NCBI GenBank assembly: GCA_964106915.2
Contig: OZ066923.1
Direction: 5' to 3' (one strand)
Length of the DNA stretch: 64,000 nt
DNA from: Podarcis gaigeae
Taxonomy: Eukaryota
Under the pieces are notes generated by a model that saw only the letters and a program-made list of their open reading frames with translations, searched no databases and was not told where the DNA came from. This document shows positions 1-14,585 of the stretch, in pieces; the first letter of the stretch is position 1, and every line of letters starts with the position of its first letter. A program made the position numbers and the translations under genes.

Positions 1-3000
1 CTTATATTGGTTTGCACAGTCACACTTTTGTGCATTCAAACAAAATCAAGAGTAGTTAATCAGTAGTGTATGTGATACTCAGATTAGTATGTAAGACCTT
101 CTGCTGGGTAGACATATGGATAAACTAAGCAGAGATTAACCAGGTCTGAGTTGGCATTAAAATCCTGATGTCAAATTCTAGCGCTTAATGATATAAAAAC
201 AAAACAAGACTAGGACAAAAGTAATCCAGTCTGATTGTGGTTTCATTTTTCAAGATTACGATATTGTGGCCCTTCAGGAATGGCTGCAGTGATTACCCAG
301 AAATGATACTCAGTTGTCTACAGATGATGTGAGGGACCCTCCATTGCTTTCCTTTTGTTCTTTGTAGTTAGATTTGCATTTGTCTGTGGATCCCAAGCAA
401 GAACGTAACATTTGAACACACAGGAATTTACTTCTGAGTAAACATGCATAGGATTATGCTGAAGTGCCCAGCCCAGAGTGGTATTTTGGGCACACATCCA
501 TATGATGCCCCTGCCTTACAAAAACTAAGCAGATCTGACTGGGGCCTGGAGCTCCATATATGCCACCCTGAGAACCTCCTCATGAAAGAAAAGTGATGTA
601 TAAATGTAAGAAATAAATAACGTTAAATAAAACATCTGACATCTGAGTTGCATCTCCTCTAAATGTTTGTTGGATTTGCAATTCTTAACTGCTTCTCCAG
701 GGAGATGCCCAAAGTGATAAACCTCTGCTCGTGACAAGTTATTCCTATTTCACCAACTCATTTATTTGTGAGGAGGACCCTCAAACATGTGACACTTGGG
801 CCACACTAACCTATTTGAAACACACAAAAATGTAGTTCTCGATCCAGTATTATTCATGCCCATCCTCAACATGTTGCTTTCAATCTAGATTGATTCTAGA
901 TCCCACTGTCCACAAAACTGGGTGTGGTTACTTGATGCATGTTTGAAAATCCTCTCCTTGACTAGGGTTATCCATGCCTTTTCCTTTCTGCACATGCCCC
1001 AGGTGAATGAAGGAGGAAGTGGTGATTGTGATCTTGGTCTATGCCCACCCACAACACTGCTGGGAAGGTGTGGATATACTCAATCCATTGCCAGGACTGG
1101 CTACACCTGTTTTTTTTTAAACTCTTTTCAGATGGATGCACTATAGGATAATGCAGAATCCATCTGCAATTAGCATTTGTTTTTAGAATGAAACTTGTTT
1201 CTCGATATTATTTTTTATGAGCAAAAAACATGCAACAGTCTTTTGAAGCCTGAACATTTCTACAGGACCAACTGCATTTGAAGAGGGAGGCGTTGGTGGT
1301 TTACCTTGGATCTCACATCACACATATTGTTGCAGGGATGAACAAGACAATGCTTTTTTTGAAAAAGAAAAAGCATATAATTAATAATACTATACACTCG
1401 GAAGAGCTCTTTCTGACATCATTCTCCAATTCATTTCCATTTTACTCTCTTCAACATAGGACATCACAGTAGGTCCAGACTTTTGGTACATGTGCTTAGC
1501 CAAGAAGCCAAAGACTCTCCTCCTGGAAGAGAGGAGAGTGGTTGTGGGCGGGAGGCCCAACCAGGTGCCTCTGAGGAGGCGTGTACAGCAGCCTTAATAG
1601 TGCGGCGCCAGCCCCTCCTCGGCCTCACTCTTCGCCGTCCCGTCGCGATAACCTTATATCACGTGTCCTTGTGTATTCATTCCACTTTGGGGGGATCGGG
1701 TCCTTGAACCACAATGGAAGGAAATGACATGGCAACTTCAGAGGTTTCAATGTGGATCTGATGATTTCAGGCATTCAGGCAAACAGCTTCCCATCTGAAA
1801 CTGAGCTCTATGAGGTATATTCTTACCCTGAAAAAATTACTGTGTGAATTGGCTGTACTGTATATCTCCTACTGTATATCTCTCCCTTTCTCCAGTTCCC
1901 TAAAAAATAATCTGTACTCTCCCTCTATGGTTTCAGAAAATAAACTGTATAAAGTCCAGAAGCAAAACCCCTAAAGTAAGTGGCAGGAAGCAATCTTGGC
2001 ATGTCAGGGGAAATTTCAGAGGACTGAAGTCAATGGTCAAAATAACTTTGCCTTTTGTTGAATGGGAAGTGATCATGGCTTGCTTGTTATCTTCCTCGGG
2101 TTCCACTAATTTGTGTTATTCTGCTAACACAGGAAAACAACATATGTTTCAGATTTCTACAGGACTGAAACATCCAGCCATCTACTTCCCTATCCCCACC
2201 CTATGAGATTATAAACAGAAAAAACCTTGCTTATCCAGACATCTCTAATCCAAATACTTTATTTTTTCTGAACATACTTTATGGTTCACTCATATGCCTT
2301 CCATATACATGCCATCCCCCATTAAGTAAATATTTTTCCACAGCGTCAGTACTTTCCATTCCTGCCATTTTCACATGAATATAGTTATCAGGGTGCTTCC
2401 AAACAGACATGAAACTGGCTGGCAGTCTTTCCTTTACAAACAGGGCACCAGCTTGCTGAAAAGCAAGATCGTATAAATCTTTTTTTCCTATGGCATAACT
2501 ATACAATGAAATTGCCATCCTGCTCACTTTGGCAGACAGGAGCAGTGGGCAGGGAAAAGACAATTTGAACATTAGGGGGAAAGCAATGTACACCATGACA
2601 TACATTGCCATTGGCCTGCAGTTTGTTTGTTTTCTATATGTTTATTAAAGCTTTACAAATGCACAACATTGAAAAATTGCAACAACAAAAGAGATTACTG
2701 AGTGCAACTTAAAGTCATCACAAATGTTTTTGTGCTTTTTCTTCTGGCATGTCCAAGCAAAATACAACATCTGCAAGGCCAGTTCTAGGAACAGAGGGAC
2801 AATTATTCATAAAGGGATACTGAGTTGTACAGAAGTCATCAGGGTATGTTACATTTCTTGACAAGTTCAATAAAGTTAAATCCCATGCACAAGTCTATCA
2901 CTTCTCCAAAGAGCCTATGTTAGAGTCCTTACAACAATGCAGCTTCTAAGCAAGCTATGGCCATCAAGGCAATTATCATTATAGTATCTTTATTTAAAAA

Positions 3001-5681
3001 AACATGTTTATGCTAATCAGTGAATAGCATTAATACCATTAATCTGGGTTCAAGCTCCACGATCTGCCTAGTAATCCAAGATATCTCATAAAATTTCCCC
3101 CACTCCCTCCAAAAATGTCTCATATATTCCCACGACATGTGCCACCAGCACAGTGGAGACATCCCTCTGGGACTGAGTCTTGCACAGTTATTTTGTTTAT
3201 TAAAACCTTCTTCACTGAGACTGCAGTCCTATGGCCATTTACCTGGTGGTAGACCGTATTGTTTATTGGTTATGTACACTGCTTAGAGAGTTTATGATTA
3301 AGCAATCTATATTTTTTTCTAAATAAATAATAATAATAATAATAGTAATAGTAATAAACGAATAGGCCCAATTCATTTACATTTTCCACATTCACTATTA
3401 AACAATAATGTAGCATCTTTAGGGTTCATTCTGTAGCCAAACTGGAAGATTAATTACAATGGCTAGTAGTCTTGAAGACACAATGGCGTGAATCTGAAGT
3501 ACATATGAGTTCTTTTCCAAGGCCACTGCAACTTGCTGGCATCACCCATTGAGTTGGGTAGATTTTGAAGGCCTATATTGCTGACTGATCAGAGTGTCTC
3601 CAAGTGAGTAGCAGTGCACACAGAAAGTATTTCAAATTTGCCTTGATCATAGAGAATGAGGCACTATGAAAAAAGGGGGAAAGTTTAATGCAGTAATAAA
3701 GCCAGGCAAATAAACTGCATAATCAAATCAGAACCATAAATTGTTAAGGAAAATGAGCTCAGTCTTATTAGATTCTTATGGCAAATTCAATCAGTGATTT
3801 ATAATCTCACCTGCTCCACATTCAAAATGCTGAGTTATGTTACTGTATCTGTAGGGAAAATTACTTCACATAATAATAAGGCTCCATCTATTTCAAGTAT
3901 CAACTTGATTAAAGTAACATCTGGGAAAGACGGGAAAAAAATAAGCTGCTGAGCATCTCACTCTGCAAATTTGTTATATTTGATAGCCCTCATAAATGTA
4001 CTGTTAGTAACATTATCTTTTTATTTGAATCCCAGGCCTTGCCTTATATCTTTTTCAATACGTTGTATTATGCTTTTAAACTTTGTGATAAAAGCAATTT
4101 GTGATGCACTACTTCTAAAAGAGGTTTATTTACTTAAAAGGCAGATTGCCACCGGCTAGGGTAGAAATCTCTCTCTCTCCCCCTCGCCACGTGCAATCCG
4201 AAATGATTTCTGCTTCATAATAGCAAAGCTACTGTTAAATGAGTTCTGGTGAAGAAAAAATGGCTTTAATCTCAGAGTCAACATTCAGAATACAGAGGAA
4301 AAAATCAATGAAGGTGAAGGTTATAGAAAGAAATGATTTGAATGTACAATGAGGCAGTCTCCCACACAATAAAGGTAGAAAATAATTAGGTCTATCGGAA
4401 TATACAAAGCACAAACACCCTAGTAAGTGTGTTCTGAAACCACCGCATCATTTTATTGACTTCAGTCGTGTAAATGACTGTGGTAGATAAGTGGATGATG
4501 GGCAAAGAGAGCCATAAATTCAGAAGTGCTAAGAATATCTTTCCCAGCAAAGCGCTAGGCATTTTTACTTAGATGTGAGGATCGCTGCATTCAATGGGGC
4601 TTACTCCCTTTCAAGTATGTTCTTGATGATATGAAATGTGTAAAATACACTGAATTCGAGGACAATGTTAATATATTCCAGTTTGGATAAAGAAACCATA
4701 TACCCAGAATAAATCCCAGCTGAAGCACTGCTTTTGTTAAGCGTGGCAAATGTTTAGAGTGCTGATGACTGAAAACTAGGGATTAATTACCAGATGGGGT
4801 TAATGGACTAGGGTGATTAACTGATTCTAGCCAGTTGTTAATCCCAAGGAAATACACTGTTTTCAATGTTATCAGTTAAAAACGACACCCTGGAGTCCTG
4901 CTATTATTCTTTGCTCATTTATTTTCCAAAAATATTTGTCAAAAGCAGAGGCAGGGTAATCAAAATGAATGCAAGCAATAAAATGTCATCTTCGTGACTT
5001 TGACTATTTATATAATTTAAGATTATTCAAAAGAGATTTCCTGGGCCTCAGGCTTCAAAGAGGGATATGTCAAGTTAGGCCTTGGACTCCTCAATGTTAA
5101 AGATGCGTGTAACTGTGACAACAGAACACACACCTGTGCTGATAGTAGAACAGTAACAATAGCCCCATTCACACATTACTACATGCAGAGCAATGGCATG
5201 TTGACTTGTGCATTGCATGTGGTTGTCTGTAAGGAAGCCCCAACAACAGAAATCCTGCTTGCATAGTCAGGTCACCTGGTCTTGTGGGTGCCCCACAAAT
5301 CCCTAAACAATGGGGGTGCAAAGTACTTTAGGCCCAAAGTCCCTGATTCCTTCTGCTTCACCTCAGTAGATGAGGTCTTCTGCTGGAGCACTTTTGGTGG
5401 TCCCACATGCCCCAAATATTTGGCTGGTGAAGCCATTAGTGTGGCAGCCCTGCCCTGTGGATCTCCTTACCAACAGAGGTTCAGCAGAAGCCAGCCCCGC
5501 TCATTTTTAAGGTGTCTTCAAATTTTTTTCATTCAGGCAGGCCTTTCAAACCCAATATTCTTTGCCAACCAGCTTTTACTGATGATGTGTTGGGAATTTT
5601 ATATTGTTTTTACTGTGATAGCGTGTTTTTAGTTTGTATACCACCTTATGATATTTTATACAACAGTGCAGGTCAGAAATA

Positions 5682-5896
5682 CAGAGGTACCTTTGGTTAA
5701 GTACTTAATTCATTCCGGAGGTCCGTTCTTAACCTGAAACTGTTCTTAACCTGAAGCACCACTTTAGCTAATGGGGCCTCCTCCTGCTGCTGCATGATTT
5801 CTGTTCTCATCCTGAAGCAAAGTTCTTAACCCAAGGTACTATTTCTGGGTTAGTGGAGTCTGTAACCTGAAGCATATGTAACCTGAGGTACCACTG
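5682..5896. mobile_element. Tc1/mariner-pogo (Tigger-like) MITE
   Basis: TIRs CAG(A/T)GGTACCT..GGTTA / TAACCTGAGGTACCACTG, TA on both sides, internal GTTCTTAACC repeats. Confidence 0.88.
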
Positions 5897-8816
5897 TATT
5901 TAAATATAGGCTGACATAATCACACAACAGCAAAGAACAGTAGTGGTGCCATAGTGTAAGGTTTGGGTGGTCCCTAGGACTATGCAGGCACTTCAGAATA
6001 TTCAGGGGCAACAAATTTTCTAGTAGGCTTCCCAGACCTGGAAGAACAGCCATCACTCTCCAAATGCACGCTGATTCTCTCAAGGTTCAGGGACACGAAC
6101 CTCAAATGCTGTGTGTATATGTCAAGATGATGGTGAATGTGTGGGGACATTTGCCATGTGATTAGTGAGGAGACTGAGCACAGGTGCCCTAGGCAGGGAT
6201 GTGTGTTGAGCCAATCTAAATCTGTTTATCTTTAGTCACATCACACCGTTTTAGAAAGGATACAGCAATAGGTCTATATAAAACCTGGTTTCACCTTTTA
6301 AGCTGAGTTTACTGAAGGAATAGAATGAGAAGCAGGATCGTATCTGTATCCACTACCCTTTACCACAAACTCTGTAAGTGCAGCAGAAGCTGTGACGGGG
6401 CTCTACACAAAAGTCTAGGCATAACTGGAGTGAATTTGGATCATAAGCTTCCAATTTCCACCAGTCCCAGCAAACATAACTAATAGTCGGGGATGATGAG
6501 AGTTGGAGTTCTACAACATCTGGAGGGCCACAAGTTCCCCACCTTTGACCTATGCACACAGTAATCTCTCCCAACTGTATACATGAGGTAGGAATTTGTT
6601 TGGTCGATTTGGTTTAGAAGCTGCAGGGCTGAAGTCTGGTTTCACATCAAAACTTGATTGATCAAGTGAAATTAAGAGGCGGCCTGTTATTACAGAAATC
6701 CTTTGCAGATTTGGTCAACATATTCCGTGTAATGCATAGCAGTGATGTAGCCTTTCCCCCTGTTAGCTTACGGGTGATAGTTCAAGGATCAGTGTTTCTT
6801 TCTGTTGTCTATTATATGATCTGATTTGCTCTTCACATAAATGCTCCAGTTATATAGGCATTATTCTTAGTACCTTAATTTTTTTTGTAAGGTTTGGTTT
6901 AAGGGAAATGGCAGCAAAACTATATAGTTCATCTTGCCAAACATCTGAATTGTTTCTGTATGACGTTTCACGGGAGTGTTTTGTGACATTCCTATCCTTC
7001 ATGGCGTACAATGGGTAAACCTCACACAGCTGATGAAAGCACCACAATTATAGAGTCCATCTGCAGTGCTTCTTGCAGTATGTTAAATATACTGATATGG
7101 AATCCAAGTGCTACAAATATATTTACTGTTTATATAAAATCCATGGTAATGTACTTTGCCTGAAAGTTTAAACTGCATAATAATGGCCTTTCCCTCAGCA
7201 GTTTCGTTTTTTAAAATTATTTTACTGATGTTGTAAAATAACAATGCACTTTCTCTTCTAGATAGGAAAAGATACATCATTTATGGTCCTGCTCTGACTG
7301 TGTAAATGACCTCACAGATAAATGGAAAGGGATATTTCAATCTTCCAGTTTATTATTGGTTGATGGCAAGCTGGTCTTATCGTTCAAGACAGCGTTTAAC
7401 TTTGAATAATGTATTATGCTGCCTTTCTGAAATGGTCATTATGAGGTTTTAATGCACCATAAAACAGACCTTATGATCTCCAGCTCGCTAAGATGTCAGT
7501 CTAACATATTAATGCAACATATATCTTGGAAATAAATAGTTTGGCAGCAGCAGTCTTTGCTTCTTAATATTTATTTTAGTATATTGGGGGGGGGGACATT
7601 TTTAATTGTTGGATTATTTTCAATTACAACCAGTTAGTAGACATTAAATTGGATTTTTGGCAGGAGCTACAGGAACACTATCTGGGAAACACAGGGGAAG
7701 TTGGTCTCAGAGTTCCTGCTCTTTAGGAAGTGCTGCCATGGACTTACAACAAATCCGCTCACCTTCCTCAGTAGGTGGTGTTCCAGACAGACCTCAGACC
7801 ACTCAAGTGATCTGTTGAATGGCAGGCCAGATCGTTTAAGCCCAAACCCAGTATGCTGTTGTTATTCATTTCCCTAGGGAACTGTGGAGTCACAGGGCCT
7901 TGGTACGCAGCTTCTGATTTGGCCCTTAGTATGCCAGATAGAATCAAAACTTGTGAAACACACCAGGGGTGTATCTACACACAGGAAAAAATACCCACTA
8001 TAAATAAGTCAGAAATTAAATCATTATAATAAAAGAACAAAAAACACTAGAGAAAATAGCAAATAATTATTTTGCTCTCTAGCGCCATCTGGTGTTGCAT
8101 ATTTATAATGCATTCAAAATGCTGTTGTTTTTTTTACTAATGTAGCTGAGTCAGAAGTTGATTCTCTGACCAGTGTTATGAGAAACAAAAAGTAGGACCA
8201 CAATGTGATCAGCTTGAAAGCAGAAGGAGTCTTTTTAGTTACTTCTTTTCCCTCTACAACCACACACACACCAGCAATTTATATAGGGTAAGAAATATGA
8301 AAAAGATTGTGTTATCTTCAAACTCTTTCTAAGACCATTTTTACTATTTCAGTCACAAAGTGAACAGTCTCTGCACTTCAGACAAACCTTCCTAGTTTAT
8401 TCCCTCAGCTTGAATCTCCTAGAAGCACAGTTCCTCAAACTGTGAGCTTGACCTATCTCAAGAGGTGCCTAGTGATCTCTTTCAGCAAACTTTCGCACAA
8501 ATCTAGGGAAACTGTGCAAGTTATTTCACTTAAAGTTTGTTTTGTTTCCTTCTGTTTTTCGTAAAGGACTCCGCTAAAGCTGAATCATTTCTGGCAATCT
8601 CTTTAATCTGCAATCTGTCTTTCTGCAAGATTCAGGATGCGAGTAATCAGGAACAGAGAAATTATCCATAGCTTGCTCAGTTGTGTTTTGTTTTAAAAGC
8701 TGGTCCTGCCATGAAGCATGATCGGGTGACCTGCTTCAGGCAAGCGCCATGGCAAGAGGGAGAATAGATGTGGGAAGGATTTTAGTTATTTACAAAGGTG
8801 TTCCTAGAGCACAAGT

Positions 8817-9172
8817 TAGGGATGGGGGAGAACTTCAGTTCAGTTTGCATTTAAAGGCAAACTTTACTAATTCACACTTTCCAAAGCAAGATACAAACTG
8901 AAACAGTCATGTGAAATTTGCACTTCGCAAAATTCACAGAAATTAAAGTGTGGATTCAATGCATGTATTCGTAAATATGGAAGACAAAATGGATTATATT
9001 GGGGGAATGCTTTGCAAAAATGTGTCTATTAGGCAAAAATGCATAAAAAAATGTTTATAGTATATTGGAAGAAAGTAACATTAAAACGCTGCTGAATATT
9101 CATGAGAATTTTTCTTTTTTAAACAAACTGATAGAAAAAAGAAACGGAGAGAAATTGACACGTCCACCTGTT
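8817..9172. mobile_element. Old DNA-transposon-like repeat beginning TAGGGATGGG
   Basis: Resembles a common squamate non-autonomous family (by recall). Related reverse fragment at ~20826-21005. Confidence 0.45.
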
Positions 9173-12100
9173 CTGAGCACCACCTCATGTAAAATATTAA
9201 TGTGGTATAAAACAGATTAAATTAAATATGGAATGGTATATAAAATAATCACCAAAATAACTGGCTATTTCAAAAAACTGCATAGGTCTGTTGGAATAAT
9301 AAAGATCTTCAAGAGACACCCACTTCCACATCCCACCCACCTTGCTATTTCTGCCACCGCCAGAATGCCACCCTCTTGCCAAACTCAGTGAGTCTTCCTC
9401 AAGGTCTTGCCGTTCATCATCTTCTTCCCAGTGGTGGGGAAGATGAGCAGCAACGCTGTGTGCCAGAATGCCTCCTTGGTGAGAGTGGGCAGCATTCTGC
9501 GTGGTCTGGCTGCTTGTCTTCTCAGCCCTAGGAGCAAGGAAGACAAGTGACAATGCTGTGCATCAGAAACTGAGGCAGGCGGGGCGTCTGCTTCTGTGCT
9601 TCCACTGCCTGAGGCAGCTGCTTCAATGCATCTAATGGGTGGGCCGGCCAGCTCTGGCAACCATACCCTTTCCAATGTTTATGGGCCCACTACCCGTCTT
9701 TCAGAAGTCATTTTAAGTTGTTGGGTATAGGTGGAAGGTAGAACAAAATCTAAGATTCCTTAGAGGAGGGTAGAAAATATCCCACCCTGCAGGTGATAAA
9801 ATGAAGCCTATGAACAATTGCTCTCTGTTTCTTTCAGTTACCTCTCTTCTACAAGAAAGGTCAAGCCAAATGGCTTTTTCATCTCCTGGTATTTGTAGAT
9901 AAGGACATGCTTAGCAATCTATCTCCTTCAAACATCAAGCAATATATTGAGGATGACACCTGCATTTATGCACTAAAGCCTAAAGGAGCAGCTACTTGAC
10001 AAATACATTAGGCGCAATCCTTTGGCATTTTCTTTTGTAATTACCTGCCTTGAGAAAAGTGTGGATGACTTGATCCATGATAGGGCCATTTGGACTGTCA
10101 TAATTACTTCTACTCTTCTTCACAGAAGAGACACAACCTTTGGGGGCATAGTGGTCCTCAGCCTGTTGCTGATATAAAAGTGCATTCAGTACATCAACTC
10201 CCCATTCTGGCTTGGTTCTCCAAGGTTTTTGACTGGATACCTCAGTGCACAGGGCTTAATGCAGGGCCCACCAACCTTTGGGGGCTACAGGGCACCTTTC
10301 ATAATGAGCCTTCATAAGGGAGCTGTTTCCAGAGGAAGATCTCTGACGGTAGAGAGACTCTGTTTGCCATCAGGGGGTGGTAGGTTTCACTTATGGTGCC
10401 TTCACCTTTAGCCCAAGGAACCTTCAGAAGGGAGTTGCTGCCACAGGTATAATGTGTATGGGTATTTTAATGAGCTAGATAGAGTGAAAGATTATGAGTC
10501 ATGGGTGTGTGCATGGACTTAACAGTGGACCTATGGGGGGGGATGCACCTATATTAGCCACTCACAAAGACAGGCTCTTTGCACCTCTCCTCTGAGATGT
10601 ACCTGGCCTCCTGTCAGTGGAGGGAGGTGACTTGAGAGTTAATTGGAGGCTAAGCTGGCACTGCGGATATGGAGAAGCCAGTGTTGGCACATGCAAACCT
10701 TGATGATCCAACCCACTCCAAAGAGTGCCTGCTTGCTTGCTTAGTCCCGGGACTGCAGCCGCTTGCTGTGCGAAAGCTGGGCCTGCCCCACTCTTCATAA
10801 GGAAGGTACAGGGGGTGTGCCACTTGTTGGATCAATGTATTATCTCAGTTGAAAGACGCATCTTCTCCTTCTTCCAGCCAGACAAAAACACTTGAACAGT
10901 GTCAAAGAGGGTCATGGCTTGGGGAGGAGTAAGCCATGCAGAGAGTGTCTGGGGCAACCCAGCCAGATGGCGTGGTATAAATAATAAAATTATTGTTACT
11001 ATTATGGCCTGGGGGGAGTTCCAAGGGCTAGCTAGAGAGGCTTGGGTGGCTGCATTTGACCCCCAAGCCTGAGGTTTCCCACTGCTGGTTTAACTGATGT
11101 GAGACTTTAATGTATATCTTTATTTCTGTTTGATGTGATATCATGCATGTGTTACTTCTGAATTGTGACCTACCACGTACACTAAGAACATGGCAGGTTA
11201 GAAGTGGAATTGATTCAATGTGTACTTCTGTTTCCCCTGCTGTTCCTAGGACTGGCTATCTGCACATAAAGAATACAGTCCTCTAGAAAATAAATATGAG
11301 ATTCACCCACCTACCCCACACATGTGTAGTTTTGTTTTTGTTGTTGCTCCTATTATAATACTTGCAAGAGGGAAAATGAACAATGCAGTGATGGAATTTA
11401 TGTATATACTATCTAGTATGGACTGTGGAGGAGAAAGGTCAAATTATCATAGCAAGCCCACATAAGTGACTTCTCATTGTTGTATTTATATTTTCACACA
11501 CTGTGGGGCTGCTGACAAAGGGCAAATGGAAGCCTAGAAGCAATAAATTCCACAGCACACAGCACTGTGATGTTGGCTATTCATTCTGCTGCTGCTGCTA
11601 GCTTGGATTCTGTCATTATGATCCTGAAACCCACCCCCCATTGCAGCAAAAGTGGAATGTATCTTATGCTACCCCCCTAATATTTATCTCATCCCTTAAG
11701 GTGATCTCTTTATTTCACAGCAGCACCGATTCATGAAGAGAATAGAACTAAGAAAGGGTTGTTTTGTGCCTTCCAACTTCTCTCTGTGTAAATTGTTCAA
11801 GAATTTGGATTCATCTCTGAAATTAGGCGCTACTGGAGAGTCTCTAGTCAAGGATAAATCCATGTCCTCATGCAAGTTGACAGGCTGGCTCCCTTCAGCA
11901 TAATCTGTAAGAGGGAAGGTGGATACTTGGCTGCACAAAACAAGTTCTGACCTGAGTAGCAGCTTAAGCTTCTTGAAATGGGGTCATGTAGACTGGAAGG
12001 TTTAATTAACAAAAATTAATTAGTCTGTTCTGCTAACATCATCATGGTTCTGGTTCTCTTATGTCAAAAACAGGCTTTCCACACCCTAGCTCTACTCCTC

Positions 12101-14585
12101 TGAAACAAAGCTCCATTCAAAAGATTGTCGTAAAAGTATATGTGTATGAGAGAGACAGAGACTTCCGGAAACATGTTCTAAACTGTAAACAATACAAAAT
12201 ACTTGAGAAATGTCAGAAGAACTGTGTGCATATAGGGATTTCTTTCAGGGCAGGAAAATGCATGGAAACTTTGTACTGCAAAAAAACAAACATAGCCGTT
12301 AAAGTTAGTTTAACTATAACTTGCAAGAAAAGAACAGGATACCAAAGGGGGGTCAAACTATGGTTTATTAACTTTGGGTAGTACAAACCATGGTTCTCTA
12401 CATTCAGACAAGATGGGAAACTGGTTTGTCCCAAACCACAAATGCAAGCTTCACGTTTCCTCCCCACATGTGCAGAAAGTGGGAGGGAGTGTACATAAAC
12501 ATGAGACTTGCTCTAGGGTGTTCTCATCACAATAAAAGAAACCAAGGCTTGTTGTGACATTTGAATGCAGCCAATGTGTGACAGTGTCAGGGTGGAGCTT
12601 GGGAAGGTATCACATTTCAATAATATAGCAAATGCACACTCCAGCTTGCTGCTGCCACACAGCTTTCTTCATAGTAAGAGCACACATAAGCACTGCGCAT
12701 GCAGCTTTGGTTAAAGTCCAAAGGAATCAATTTGCTTCACTCCAAGAATTGTTTTTGAAGCCCTAAACTGCTTGAAAAGCAAATTTATGGCTCTGGCAAT
12801 CCCACCTCCAGACACCACCACCTCTGCCTGCTTGCGCAAGGTGGATTAACAGGAAGCCAAGCTGTAGTTGAGCATGTAAGGCTACAATCCTAAGCATACT
12901 TAGTTGGGAGTAAATATCATTGAATTTAGCAGGTATTATTTCTGAGTAAATGTGCATAGGATAATTGATGTGCATTAGTGACTCAAGTGCAAATATACAG
13001 TCCTAGTAAAAATTAATCCTAGATTGACCTGACCTGGTTTAATAATTTGCTCTGAGCATACCTTTCTGGAGATGATACAAGGTAGTCCTGTGAGGGAGCC
13101 AGTCCCAGATGGATTGGTGTTCAGGTGGTTTTGCCTTTTAGTCCAAAATTTTACATGTTAACCTTATTATCTGTGATCTCTATTCTCCTTGTTCACTGAA
13201 CATCACAGTAATAGGATCGGATCTCCCCCACACCACAGACATTGTGGCTATTATTTGCACTGTGAAAGCTTTGAGAAATGCCTATGACTTCACTGAGTGT
13301 GATCCTTGCGGCATGGCATGGGGGGCAGAGTTTTAAATGCTTGTTATTAAAATGTGTATGTAGTAAAGCATGCCTCCTTCGATTTTCCTGTAGTAATTTT
13401 GCTTTCTTATATTGTCTGCTGCAAAAATAAACCGGGTCTTAAGTTGCTTACTAGAACTTCAGAATTGCCCATACTAGTCTGAGAGGGTAGGGCAGCTTAA
13501 TCAAAGAGAAGTGATACAACAATGGATATTAAGTAGTTTAAATCTACATTTCAGACTGGCTGTCTGGACTACATAACCTCTTGGCCAGATGCCAGCAGAG
13601 TAAGAAATGCGCAAACTCACTCAAGGTGGCAATTGTTTGATCAACACCACACAAAACAAGTAAGATTAACTACATCTATATCTCCATCTCCCTTCTACTC
13701 CTTGTGAGCTCAAACTGCAAGATAAAAGCGTATTTTGTATAGAATCATCCTAGAAGATGAATTTTGATTACTTTTGTATGGTAGAAAATTTCAGTTGTTA
13801 ATCAAGCCTGCTGCATGAACGGTTGGTTTTGCTTCTCTCTCTAACTGACTGGAAGAGTGTGTTGGGGGTGTTCAAACACAGTGGTGTTATTATCACAGTA
13901 ATATGAAGCTGTATCTGAGGTCTGACAGCTTTTTCTCTGTACAATGAAATTCCTGAGGATGCTAAGTTCATTGGACATGCAGTATTTCTTTTACAAAGGA
14001 AATGCCTGACACAAACATGGCTGCATTTTCTTTTTGCCATTCCAACCTTAACAGCTGAGGAATCCAAGAATTATCTATATATTCTGGGGTAGGACCATGT
14101 GCACTTTGAAAAAATTTAAATGGCCAAATAACCATTTATTCTAGGAGTACACTATGTGGTTCTAACAATGGAATCTAAACAAGTAAGAACATATTCCTTT
14201 GCACATTTGCTCTAAACAAAAAGCTCAGACAGCTTTTTCAAAACCAGTGGATCTAGTCAGAAACCATTCTGCCTGTGTTTTTGTGCTGTGATTCTATAGT
14301 CTTGTTGAATTATGTGGGGCTTATTTTTGATTAACAATGAATAAGGTTCATCTGTTAGCTTCCATGTGTGACTCAGCTGGAGTGGCAGCCTCTGTCCTGG
14401 GTCTTCTATTTTGAATGGGCTTTTGAAATAGTTGGTTCCTATTGTTATAGGAATAGTAAACTGGTACTCTGGTACTCTGCTGGGGTACCAGAGTCTGTTA
14501 ATGAATACTAGAAACTAATAAAGGGTAGCATTTACATAATATTTAGGATATGAAGGGAAAATACAATCTGCAGAACTGTACCATA

